NCBI GenBank assembly: GCA_028710985.1
Contig: JAQTTB010000001.1
Coordinates: 655,073 to 719,072 of the forward strand
Origin: Patescibacteria group bacterium
GTDB taxonomy: Bacteria; Patescibacteriota; Patescibacteriia; JAHJFT01
DNA: 64,000 nucleotides
Direction of reading: 5' to 3'
Part shown: positions 45,099 through 54,025 of the stretch, piece by piece
Position numbering within the stretch: position 1 is the stretch's first letter
Layout of the letters: the number at the start of each line of letters is the position of its first letter
The notes under the pieces: model-generated
What the model saw: the letters and a program-made list of their open reading frames with translations, nothing else
Database searches by the model: none
Told to the model about the DNA's origin: nothing
Made by a program: the position numbers and the translations under genes

Positions 45099-47747
45099 AT
45101 GTTACCGCAAAATTTTACTACCAAGTCGCAGGAAGCCCTGCAAAATGCCCACATGCTCGCCTCCGAAGCCGGCCAGGTTCAGCTTGAACCGCTTCATCTT
45201 CTCCTCGCTCTCATTGAGCAGGAAGAAGGCGTGGTTGTGAATGTCTTGAAAAAACTGAATATCAGCCCGGATGAGATAAAAGCACTGGTTCGTTCCGAGC
45301 TCTCGGCAATGCCCCGCGTTCAGTCTCCGGAGCGCATGGCCGGCGGCGTTGGCCAGATCTATGTCTCTCCTGGCCTTTTTAAGGTTATAAAACAGGCCGA
45401 AAAAGAAGCCAAGGATTTTAAAGATGACTATATTTCCACCGAACATATTTTGCTCGGCCTCATTCAGGTGAAAAGCGAGGCCCAGGAAATCCTGGCTGAA
45501 TTTGGGGTTAACTATGACCAGGTTCTCAAGGCCCTGAAAGACGTGCGCGGCACGCAAAAGGTTGATTCGCCCGAACCCGAATCGCGATACCAGACAATTG
45601 AAAAATACTGCGTCAATCTGACCCAGATGGCGCGCCAGGAAAAGCTGGACCCAATTGTCGGCCGCGATCAGGAAATCCGGCGCGTTATGCAGGTATTGTC
45701 CCGCCGGACCAAGAATAATCCGGTCCTGATCGGCGAAGCCGGAACCGGCAAAACCGCGATTGTTGAGGGCCTGGCGCAAAGAATTATCGCCGGCGATGTT
45801 CCGGAAAGCCTTAAAAATAAAGAAATCGTTTCATTGGACCTCGGGTCGCTTGTCGCGGGCACCAAATTCCGCGGCGAGTTTGAAGACCGCCTCAAAGCGC
45901 TGATTAAAGAAGTCAAGGATTCAGAAGGAAAAATTATTTTATTCATGGATGAACTCCATACCCTGGTCGGCGCCGGCACTTCGGAGGGCAGCTCGCTTGA
46001 TGCGTCAAATATGCTCAAGCCCTCGCTCGCCCGCGGCGAACTCAAGGCAATCGGCGCGACCACTCTCCGTGAATATCAAAAGCACATTGAAAAGGACCAG
46101 GCCCTGGAACGCCGCTTCCAGCCGGTATTTGTGGCCGAACCTTCGGTTGATGACACCATCGCCATTCTCCGCGGCATCAAGGAAAAATACGAAGTCCACC
46201 ACGGCGTGCGCATCACCGACCCGGCGATTATCGCGGCCGCGGAATTATCATCGCGCTATATTACCGACCGGTTTTTACCGGACAAGGCCGTTGATTTGAT
46301 CGATGAAGCCGCTTCGGCCCTGCGCATGGATATTGATTCCATGCCCGAAGAGCTGGATAAGTCAAAACGCCAGATTGTGAAGCTGGAAATCGAAAAACGC
46401 GCCCTTTCCAAAGAAGACGACAAGCGCTCCAAGGCGCGCCTCAAGGAACTTGAAAAAGATCTCGCCGAACTCAAGGAAAAATCATCCGAATTCGAGCTTG
46501 CCTGGAAATCGGAAAAAGATGTTATCCAGAATTTTCGTGAAATTAAGAAAAAGCTGGATGTTTTAAAGCAGGAATCCGATATCAAGGAAAGAAAGGGCGA
46601 CCTTGAGGCCGTGGCCAAGATTCGCTATGCTGAAATCCCCCGCCTGCAGAAAGAAGCCAAGGAACAGGAAAAGCGCCTGCGCGACCTTCAAAAAAACCGC
46701 GGCCTGCTCAAAGAGGAAGTCACGGAAGAAGACATTGCCACGGTTGTTTCGCGCTGGACCGGCATTCCGGTCGCCAAAATGCTGGAAACCGAAGCCGGCA
46801 AGCTGGTGCGGCTCGAGGATGAGCTCGGCAAGCGCGTCATCGGCCAGCGGGAAGCCATTGTTGCCGTTTCAAACGCCATCCGCCGTTCGCGCGCCGGCAT
46901 CGCCGAAGAGCAGCGCCCGATCGGTTCGTTTATCTTTCTCGGGCCGACCGGCGTGGGCAAAACCGAGCTCGCCCGGGCCTTGGCCGAATTTCTATTTAAC
47001 GATTCCGACGCCCTGATCCGCATGGATATGTCCGAATACATGGAAAAGCACAGCATCTCCAAAATGATTGGTTCGCCGCCGGGCTATGTGGGTTATGACG
47101 AAGGCGGCCAGCTTACCGACACAATCCGCCGCCGCCCTTACTCGGTTATTCTTTTTGACGAAATCGAAAAAGCCCACCCGGATGTGTTTAATATGCTTTT
47201 GCAGATTTTGGAAGACGGCCGTCTGACCGATGCCAAGGGGCGGGTCGCGAATTTCAAAAACACGATTATCATCATGACATCAAACGTGGGCTCGGAGTTT
47301 ATCCTCAATATTTCAACCAAGAAAGGCCGCATTGGTTTTGAAGACGCCGAAGAGCGCACCGAATCGTCCGACTACGCGGAAATGCGTACGCGCGTCATGG
47401 AAATGCTTAAAGAAAATTTCAAGCCCGAGTTCCTGAACCGCGTTGACGATATCATCATCTTCCATTCCCTCTCCCCCGCCGATATCGCGGCGATTGTTGA
47501 GCTGCAGATTGAAAATGTGCGCCGGCGCATCGCCAAAAAGAATATCAATATAAAAATGACCGAAAAGGTAAAAAAACACCTGTCCGAAAAGGGTTACGAT
47601 CCGTCCTTCGGCGCGCGTCCCCTGAAGCGCCTCATCCAGACCGAAATCCTCAATCCCCTGGCCATGGCCATTATCCAGGGCAAGGTTAAAGAGGATGAAT
47701 CCGTGGTTATTGATCTGGACCGGAGCGGCAAAGTGGTGTTCAAATAA
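45099..47747 (+). CDS. clpB: Chaperone ClpB (two AAA+ domains with a middle coiled-coil)
   Basis: Two Walker A motifs (GEAGTGKT and GPTGVGKT), a coiled-coil M-domain, and ~880 aa. Confidence 0.9.
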   Translation: MLPQNFTTKSQEALQNAHMLASEAGQVQLEPLHLLLALIEQEEGVVVNVLKKLNISPDEIKALVRSELSAMPRVQSPERMAGGVGQIYVSPGLFKVIKQAEKEAKDFKDDYISTEHILLGLIQVKSEAQEILAEFGVNYDQVLKALKDVRGTQKVDSPEPESRYQTIEKYCVNLTQMARQEKLDPIVGRDQEIRRVMQVLSRRTKNNPVLIGEAGTGKTAIVEGLAQRIIAGDVPESLKNKEIVSLDLGSLVAGTKFRGEFEDRLKALIKEVKDSEGKIILFMDELHTLVGAGTSEGSSLDASNMLKPSLARGELKAIGATTLREYQKHIEKDQALERRFQPVFVAEPSVDDTIAILRGIKEKYEVHHGVRITDPAIIAAAELSSRYITDRFLPDKAVDLIDEAASALRMDIDSMPEELDKSKRQIVKLEIEKRALSKEDDKRSKARLKELEKDLAELKEKSSEFELAWKSEKDVIQNFREIKKKLDVLKQESDIKERKGDLEAVAKIRYAEIPRLQKEAKEQEKRLRDLQKNRGLLKEEVTEEDIATVVSRWTGIPVAKMLETEAGKLVRLEDELGKRVIGQREAIVAVSNAIRRSRAGIAEEQRPIGSFIFLGPTGVGKTELARALAEFLFNDSDALIRMDMSEYMEKHSISKMIGSPPGYVGYDEGGQLTDTIRRRPYSVILFDEIEKAHPDVFNMLLQILEDGRLTDAKGRVANFKNTIIIMTSNVGSEFILNISTKKGRIGFEDAEERTESSDYAEMRTRVMEMLKENFKPEFLNRVDDIIIFHSLSPADIAAIVELQIENVRRRIAKKNINIKMTEKVKKHLSEKGYDPSFGARPLKRLIQTEILNPLAMAIIQGKVKEDESVVIDLDRSGKVVFK

Positions 47748-47805
47748 ATCTTTTCCATTACCGAAACGTTAATCAGATAGGCATGGCGGTTGAATTCAAG
47801 CTACT

Positions 47806-47882
47806 GGATTCCCGCTTTCGCGGGAATGACGATGAGCGGTGTATTCCGTTTTTTTCGTCATTCCCGCGCAGGCGGGAATCCA
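47806..47882. repeat. Inverted pair of GTCATTCCCGCG(N)AGCGGGAATCC mini-repeats
   Basis: Copy d1 at 47806-47830 is on the minus strand. Copy d2 at 47857-47882 is on the plus strand. They are separated by a short spacer ending in T7. Confidence 0.7.
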
Positions 47883-47960
47883 CAGTGTAAAAGCACATTA
47901 TCTCTAAATAATTTATAGTCAGACATAAAGTACGAAATGAGAGAGTCTCTCACTATCGTC

Positions 47961-47989
47961 TTGACACGGCGAGTAAAACGTGATAATAT
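47961..47989 (+). promoter_or_regulatory. Sigma70-type promoter for a small transcription unit
   Basis: TTGACA, 17-nt spacer, TAATAT. Confidence 0.55.
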
Positions 47990-48070
47990 TTCATGTGGTC
48001 AAGATGCGGCACTACTCCTTGGTGTATGGGGACGCCCAAGAAAGATAACCCCAAACCACTGGAGGAACCC

Positions 48071-48259
48071 ATGACTCGTTTCAAAGGTCTGTCCCTTGAG
48101 GAAAGACGGAGACTATACCTCCGGCCTATGTCTGAGCGGGCGGCCGAACAATTACGAAATGCGAGTCTTTCCTCTGCATGGCTCTGGCGATATCGTCGGG
48201 ACCCTTTGGAGGAGGAAAAAGAGGAGCAATCCTCTGAATCCGAATCCAAACCCGAGTAA
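48071..48259 (+). CDS. Small hypothetical protein (62 aa) with its own promoter, SD and terminator
   Basis: SD GGAGG 7 nt upstream of the ATG. Product MTRFKGLSLEERRRLYLRPMSERAAEQLRN ... with an acidic, serine-rich tail. Intrinsic terminator at 48287-48317. Confidence 0.35.
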   Translation: MTRFKGLSLEERRRLYLRPMSERAAEQLRNASLSSAWLWRYRRDPLEEEKEEQSSESESKPE

Positions 48260-48374
48260 CCTCATCCGACCGTCTTCCCCGACCTCGCGCGTCACCCCTG
48301 GGTGGCGTGCTTTTTTTATTGCCAAATTTGGAGAATTTTGCTATAATTTAAGCGCAAATTATTAAAAACTTATC

Positions 48375-49784
48375 ATGAAAACGATGCTAAAAATCGCCAA
48401 TTTTACAGTAATAATTTCATTTTTATTGCTGCCCCTCTCCCCGGCTCTGGCCGCGGAATTCAATCCCAATTATGTCATCAGTGACGACGATATGACCGAG
48501 TACTCCTCAATGGGGCTGGTTGATGTTCAGAATTTCCTGGAGAGAAAAAGCAGCTATCTTGCCAATTATGTTACCCTGGACACGGATGGTTCAATCCGCC
48601 GCGCTTCGGAAATTATTTTCCGCATCGCCAATTTGTATTTTATAAATCCGCAGTTTCTTCTCGCACTGATTCAAAAGGAGCAGAGCCTGGTTGAAGACCC
48701 GGCACCGACCGAGAAGCAGCTTGACTGGGCCGCCGGTTACGGAGTTTGCGACGACTGCACCACCGACGATCCGGCCATTCAGCGCTGGCGTGGTTTCGCC
48801 AAACAGGTCCGTTCGTCGGCCATGCAGTTCCGCGAAGGTTATCTCACCGACCTCGCTCAGATCGGCCGTACCAACGCCGGCCTGGCGCCTGGCGAAGTGA
48901 CTGTAATTGACGGTCAGCTCGTGACGCCGGTCAATAACGCAACCGCGTCGCTTTATTCCTACACCCCGCATCTTGAGGGCAACGAGAACCTGTGGCGCAT
49001 CTGGCAGCGCTGGTTTACTTTAATGTATCCGGACGGCTCCTTGCTTCAGGCCCAGGGGGAAGATGGTGTTTGGCTGATTCAGTACGGGCAAAAACGCGCT
49101 TTCCTGTCAAAGGCGGCTTTGCTCTCAAGATATGACATCGGTAAAATTATTTCCGTATCCCAATCCGACCTTGACCGTTACGAAGACGGAAAACCCATTA
49201 AATTCGCCAACTATTCGCTGATCCGGTCGCCGCGCGGCACCGTGTTTCTTATTGACGGTGACAACCGGCGCGGCATTGTGTCCTGGGAAACGTTCCGCGC
49301 CATCGGCTTTAATGCGGATGAAATCATCAATGTGACCTGGGAGGATATCAACATGTACGCAGAGGGAGATGCCATTACCATGGAAAGTGTTTATCCGAGC
49401 GGCGCGCTTTTGCAGAACAAATTGACCGGCGGAGTATATTGGGTGCAGGATGCGAAAAAATATCCAATTTGGTCACGTGAAATTTTGAAGGCAAATTATC
49501 CTTATTATACGATCACGGCGGTTTTACCGGCTGAGCTTGATAAATACGAAACCCAGACGCCGGCCAAGTTCCGCGACGGCGAACTCGTTAAAGCCAAAGG
49601 CGATCCCGGAGTCTACGTTGTGAGCGAGGGCGCGATTCGTCCGATTCCTTCAGCCGAAATATTCGAGCGCATGGGATACAAGTGGGAAAATATCATTGAA
49701 ACTTCGGCTAAAGCCCTCTCCCTTCACCCAATCGGCGAACCTTTATATCTGATTACCGGCGAAGTTGAAACAGCCGGCCAATAA
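48375..49784 (+). CDS. Secreted hypothetical protein with internal repeats
   Basis: N-terminal signal peptide (ends LSPALA-AE). Repeated G-x-x-G-V-[YW] ... I/V motifs in the C-terminal half. Confidence 0.5.
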   Translation: MKTMLKIANFTVIISFLLLPLSPALAAEFNPNYVISDDDMTEYSSMGLVDVQNFLERKSSYLANYVTLDTDGSIRRASEIIFRIANLYFINPQFLLALIQKEQSLVEDPAPTEKQLDWAAGYGVCDDCTTDDPAIQRWRGFAKQVRSSAMQFREGYLTDLAQIGRTNAGLAPGEVTVIDGQLVTPVNNATASLYSYTPHLEGNENLWRIWQRWFTLMYPDGSLLQAQGEDGVWLIQYGQKRAFLSKAALLSRYDIGKIISVSQSDLDRYEDGKPIKFANYSLIRSPRGTVFLIDGDNRRGIVSWETFRAIGFNADEIINVTWEDINMYAEGDAITMESVYPSGALLQNKLTGGVYWVQDAKKYPIWSREILKANYPYYTITAVLPAELDKYETQTPAKFRDGELVKAKGDPGVYVVSEGAIRPIPSAEIFERMGYKWENIIETSAKALSLHPIGEPLYLITGEVETAGQ

Positions 49785-49785
49785 A

Positions 49786-49905
49786 CCCGTCCCTGCGGCA
49801 ATGCCGCAGGGCACCAGGGCGGGTTTTTTAGACAAAGTGTCGGCTCCGCCGACCTTATCAAGCATAATTGCCCCGATAGTCATCGGGGCATCTAATAAAT
49901 CTTTA
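49786..49905 (+). repeat. Copy 1 of a ~120-bp composite element (terminator hairpin plus two further hairpins); inverted partner at 60636-60760
   Basis: Near-identical reverse complement of 60636-60760. Contains cccgtccctgcggcaatgccgcagggcaccagggcgggtttttt, then gtcggctccgccgac and gccccgatagtcatcggggc hairpins, and ends ~20 nt before the 49908 start codon. Confidence 0.7.
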
Positions 49906-49907
49906 CT

Positions 49908-50699
49908 ATGATTGTTTTTGCATCTTTCTGTCCCCATCCCCCCATTCTTATCCCGAGCATCGGCAAGGAAAATACCGTTAAGCTGAAAAAAACTGCCGAT
50001 GCATATGGTCAGCTTGAACAGGGTTTTACTGCCAGCCGGCCGGATACAGTGGTAATCGTTAGTCCCCATGGTATTGTCTACAAAGACGCTTTTTCAATAA
50101 ATCTTTGTGATAATTTTTTCGGCGGATTTGAAGAATTCGGAGATTTTTCAATAAAAACCGAATACCCTGCCGATTATTTGACGATTGAACGCGCTCAACG
50201 CCATTTGCGGAACCGTAAAATCGCCGTCAAACTTGATACATGCGCCAAGCTTGATCACGGCGTGACCGTGCCGCTTTATCTCCTGGCAAAGAATTGGACG
50301 AATTTTAAACTAGTGCCGATTGTCTATTCCGGACAAGGATTGAAAAGCCATTTTGAATTCGGTCAGGAGCTCAAGGAAGCGCTCGCCGAATCTAACGATC
50401 GGGTTGCCGTGATTGCTTCCGGCGACCTGTCGCACTCGCTCACGAGCGATGCCCCGGCCGGTTACAATGAATTCGGAAAACAGTTTGACGACAAGATTCT
50501 TGAGCTGGTGGCGAACCAAAACAGCGCCGCCATGATTGGCATTAATGAAAAAATGATCGACGGCGCGCATGCATGCGGCCTTCGTTCGCTCGTAATGCTT
50601 TTCGGGATATTGCACGGAACCGAATGCCAGTCCGAAATACTTTCCTACGAAGCGCCATTTGGCGTCGGATATCTCGTGTGCCGCTTTAAATTTGCTTAA
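49908..50699 (+). CDS. AmmeMemoRadiSam system protein B (Memo1-like, class III extradiol dioxygenase fold)
   Basis: 263 aa matching the MEMO1-family pattern (SPHG ... DLSH). Confidence 0.7.
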   Translation: MIVFASFCPHPPILIPSIGKENTVKLKKTADAYGQLEQGFTASRPDTVVIVSPHGIVYKDAFSINLCDNFFGGFEEFGDFSIKTEYPADYLTIERAQRHLRNRKIAVKLDTCAKLDHGVTVPLYLLAKNWTNFKLVPIVYSGQGLKSHFEFGQELKEALAESNDRVAVIASGDLSHSLTSDAPAGYNEFGKQFDDKILELVANQNSAAMIGINEKMIDGAHACGLRSLVMLFGILHGTECQSEILSYEAPFGVGYLVCRFKFA

Positions 50700-50701
50700 C
50701 T

Positions 50702-52597
50702 ATGTATGCCAAGGTAGCGCCTAGCTATCGCATGCCTCTTGAACTGGACGTTTTTGATTATCTGGTTCCAAGAGAACTGGAATCCGTGCTCAAGCCGGGT
50801 TTTTTTGTAATGGTGCCATTTCGTGGCCGGTTGATCCAGGGCGTTGTTTGGGAATTAAGCGGCACGCCGTCGATTAAAAGCGAAAAGATTTTGTCAATCC
50901 ATTCTGCGATTACGCGGCAGGAGCTGTTTGATGAATCGGATTTAAAACTTCTTGAATACGCGGCCGAATATTATCTTGTATCCAAGGGCGCGTTGGTAAA
51001 GGCCGTGATACCGGATGCGCCTAAGCGATTCCGGGAGGAGCCTTTAAATGATTCACGCGGCAGCCAAAATATTGCCGCCGGATTCGGCCCATCCCCTCTC
51101 CTTGATCGCCTGGCCGTCAAACCGGCTTTGTTTTTATATCAGGACAAGCGTCGGATGCTTGAAGAAATCAGAAATTGGATTGCTGATAAATTCAGCGCGA
51201 AAAATCAATTTTTGATTCTTGAACCGCAGATTAAATCCATTGAACAAACCGCGGCTTACCTCAATGAATCATTCCCTGGCGCGGTCGCGAGTCTGCACAG
51301 CGGCCTTTCCAGAGGGTCGTATTGGAAAAACTGGATTGATTTCGCGTGCGGAAAAAAATCAATCCTGGTAGCGTCCCGCGTTGGAATATTCGCGCCGTCG
51401 GCGAATTTAACGGCCATATTCGTTATTGATGAAGAAATGCCGGATTTTAAGCAATATGATCAAAATCCGCGCTATGATGCCCGGTCGCTCGCTCTCAAAG
51501 TCAGCGAATCACGGAAAATACCGGCCGTCTTTTGTACCGGCGCGCCTCGGCTAGAAACATGGCATGCCGCAAAGAACCAGGGCTGGTTGGTTATTGAGCA
51601 GAAGGGCAAGGATTCAGCCGTTTCAACGATTGACTTGAAGTTTGAAAGGCAGACGCATAATTTTTCCCTGCTGTCCGACCGTTTGCTTCAGGCCGGGCTG
51701 GGGGCTTTACAAAATCATCAAAAAGTGCTACTTTTCTTTAATCGCCGCGGCTGGGCAACGAGCACGATTTGCCGCGATTGCGGTTATGCCTATTTGTGCC
51801 CTGAATGCCAAATTCCGCAGATTGCGCACAAAAACCGCCTGGTATGCCATCATTGCGGCGAGAGCCGCGATATTCCCCTCGCCTGCGACAAATGCGGCGG
51901 AACAAATATTAAGATGGTCGGCGCCGGTACCGAAACGCTCGAACGGGAAATAAAAGAATCATTTGGAAATTACCGCATTCTCCGCCTGGATAAAGATGTT
52001 GACACGCCGATCCGTTACAATCTGGACGACTATGACGTTATTCTGGGCACCAATTATCTTGTCAAAGAATATTACGGCGAAATTCTGCAACAAAAAATCG
52101 GCGTGGTGGGAATAATCAATTCGGATAATTTATTCAACATTCCCGACTTTCGTTCAACCGAAAGGGCGTGGCAGGAAATCCGGAAGATTAGGAACCTAGC
52201 CGGCGCGCTTGGCGCGGAGATATTTATTCAGACAATGAGGCCGGATAATAAGGTTCTACAAAGCGTTGATTCGCCGGATAATTTTTTCCGAGACGAAATC
52301 GCGGCGCGTCAGTCATTTAATTACCCCCCATTCACCAAGCTCATTAAGCTGATCATTCAGAATACAAACGAAGAATTGGCCCAAGGTTTGGCGCAAAGGA
52401 TTTATGCCGAGCTTGGCGCACTCGTCCAAAAAGGCGCAGAAATACTCGGGCCGTACCCGGCAACTCCGAAAAAAATCCGCGGCCAGTTCAGGATTCTTAT
52501 CACTCTTAAGATTCCACGCGATATGGACAAGAATTTTCTAAAAACATACGCAAATGATATAATTATCGATGTTGACCCGGAATTTATACTAAGTTAA
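50702..52597 (+). CDS. priA: Primosomal protein N-prime (PriA)-like, with a degenerate Walker A
   Basis: PriA architecture with an N-terminal 3'-BD, a zinc-binding CRDCGYAYLCPECQ ... CHHCG ... CDKCGG region and a C-terminal domain. The position of GxGKT reads LFLYQDKRR. Confidence 0.7.
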   Translation: MYAKVAPSYRMPLELDVFDYLVPRELESVLKPGFFVMVPFRGRLIQGVVWELSGTPSIKSEKILSIHSAITRQELFDESDLKLLEYAAEYYLVSKGALVKAVIPDAPKRFREEPLNDSRGSQNIAAGFGPSPLLDRLAVKPALFLYQDKRRMLEEIRNWIADKFSAKNQFLILEPQIKSIEQTAAYLNESFPGAVASLHSGLSRGSYWKNWIDFACGKKSILVASRVGIFAPSANLTAIFVIDEEMPDFKQYDQNPRYDARSLALKVSESRKIPAVFCTGAPRLETWHAAKNQGWLVIEQKGKDSAVSTIDLKFERQTHNFSLLSDRLLQAGLGALQNHQKVLLFFNRRGWATSTICRDCGYAYLCPECQIPQIAHKNRLVCHHCGESRDIPLACDKCGGTNIKMVGAGTETLEREIKESFGNYRILRLDKDVDTPIRYNLDDYDVILGTNYLVKEYYGEILQQKIGVVGIINSDNLFNIPDFRSTERAWQEIRKIRNLAGALGAEIFIQTMRPDNKVLQSVDSPDNFFRDEIAARQSFNYPPFTKLIKLIIQNTNEELAQGLAQRIYAELGALVQKGAEILGPYPATPKKIRGQFRILITLKIPRDMDKNFLKTYANDIIIDVDPEFILS

Positions 52598-52598
52598 T

Positions 52599-53075
52599 AT
52601 GCCAGTCTTAAAAATCTTTACTCACCCGAGCGCTTACTTACGAACCAACAGTTCGCGCGTCAAGAAGAAATATTTGGAAATCGATGAAGCCCAGCGGTTT
52701 ATTGATTCTATGATTGAGACAATGCACGCGGCTAAGGGTATCGGTCTCGCCGCTCCGCAGGTGGGTAAAAACATTAGAATAATCGTTGCCATGGACGGCG
52801 AAAAGCCGCTCGTATTTATTAATCCAAAACTTTATCGCAAGTCTTTGCGTAAGGTTGAGGTGGAGGAAGGCTGCCTCTCCCTGCCCGGCGTCTGGGGCAT
52901 GGTAAAACGCCACGCCGCGTTGTCGGTTTCCGCTACGGACCGGAAGGGTAAAAAATTCCGTATGCGCGCCAAGGGCGGCATGCTCCCAATCATCTTGCAG
53001 CACGAAGTAGATCATTTAAACGGTATTTTGTTTATTGATCGCATTAAGAAATGTTCGTCTCTCCCAACGAAATAA
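52599..53075 (+). CDS. def: Peptide deformylase
   Basis: GIGLAAPQVG, EGCLSLPG and HEVDHLNG motifs. Confidence 0.9.
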   Translation: MPVLKIFTHPSAYLRTNSSRVKKKYLEIDEAQRFIDSMIETMHAAKGIGLAAPQVGKNIRIIVAMDGEKPLVFINPKLYRKSLRKVEVEEGCLSLPGVWGMVKRHAALSVSATDRKGKKFRMRAKGGMLPIILQHEVDHLNGILFIDRIKKCSSLPTK

Positions 53076-53077
53076 AC

Positions 53078-54025
53078 ATGGTAGAATCCACAAAACCATT
53101 ACGTGTAATATTTATGGCCACGCCGGCATTCACCCTGCCGGTGTTTGAGGTTTTGACGCAGGACAAGCGATTTGAGATTATCGCGGTTTATACCCAGCCG
53201 GATAAGCCAGCCGGACGCCACGCCATTCCCCTGCCCCCGGCCGTAAAGCTCCGGGCATCGCGCCATGATATACCGGTCTTTCAGCCCGAGAAGTTCAATA
53301 ATCCGACCACCATCCGCCAGATCGAACTTCTGGAGCCGGATATAATTCTTGTTTTTGCCTACAGCCACTTTTTGCCCAAGGAGGTGCTCGCCATCCCCAA
53401 GTTCGGCTGCGTGAACATCCATCCTTCGCTTCTGCCGCGCTGGCGCGGTCCGTCGCCGGTCGCCTTTGCTATATTGAACGGCGATAAAGAAACTGGCGTA
53501 ACTTTCATGCTCATGAATGAAAGGATGGACCAGGGGCCCGTAATTTTGCGATTTCGCGCGCCCATCGCTCCGGCAGATAACCGAGAAGATCTGACCGCCC
53601 GCCTGTCTGTTTTGGCCGCAGAAAGATTACCGTCCGTATTGATTGACTGGACCGAAGGAAAAATCAAAGCACAGCCGCAGGAAGAAAATAATGCCACATA
53701 TTCAAAACTTCTGTCGCGTCCGGACGGCAGGATTGACTGGAAAAAAACCGCGGTGGAGATTGAACGCCAAATTCGTGCCTTCTCGCCGTGGCCGGGCGCG
53801 TTTTGTTCCTGGGGCGGCAAACAGCTGAAGATATTGAAGTCTTCCATTGATTCAACGGCGACACTTCCGCCCGGTCAGGCGCGTATCGCAAATAAAAATT
53901 TGATTGTCGGAACCGCTCGCCAAGATATAAAAATTCTTGCCCTTCAACCCGAGGGCAAGAAACCCATGAATATTAAAGATTTTTTGAATGGCGGTCCGAA
54001 GATTGACGGCTCGATATTATCCTGA
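53078..54025 (+). CDS. fmt: Methionyl-tRNA formyltransferase
   Basis: N-terminal formyltransferase domain (HPSLLPRWRG) plus a C-terminal domain. The start was set at ATG 53078, abutting the def stop. Confidence 0.9.
   Translation: MVESTKPLRVIFMATPAFTLPVFEVLTQDKRFEIIAVYTQPDKPAGRHAIPLPPAVKLRASRHDIPVFQPEKFNNPTTIRQIELLEPDIILVFAYSHFLPKEVLAIPKFGCVNIHPSLLPRWRGPSPVAFAILNGDKETGVTFMLMNERMDQGPVILRFRAPIAPADNREDLTARLSVLAAERLPSVLIDWTEGKIKAQPQEENNATYSKLLSRPDGRIDWKKTAVEIERQIRAFSPWPGAFCSWGGKQLKILKSSIDSTATLPPGQARIANKNLIVGTARQDIKILALQPEGKKPMNIKDFLNGGPKIDGSILS

Noticed and set aside
45102-46618. Minus-strand ORFs of 120-225 aa inside clpB
   Set aside because: They are antisense to the ClpB AAA+ domains.
49743-50069. 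108-aa minus-strand ORF overlapping the start of the Memo-like gene
   Set aside because: It shares the peptide PMTIGAIM.DKVGGADT.SKKPAL with ORF 60636-61424 only because both read through the two copies of the ~120-bp inverted repeat. Neither is a plausible gene.
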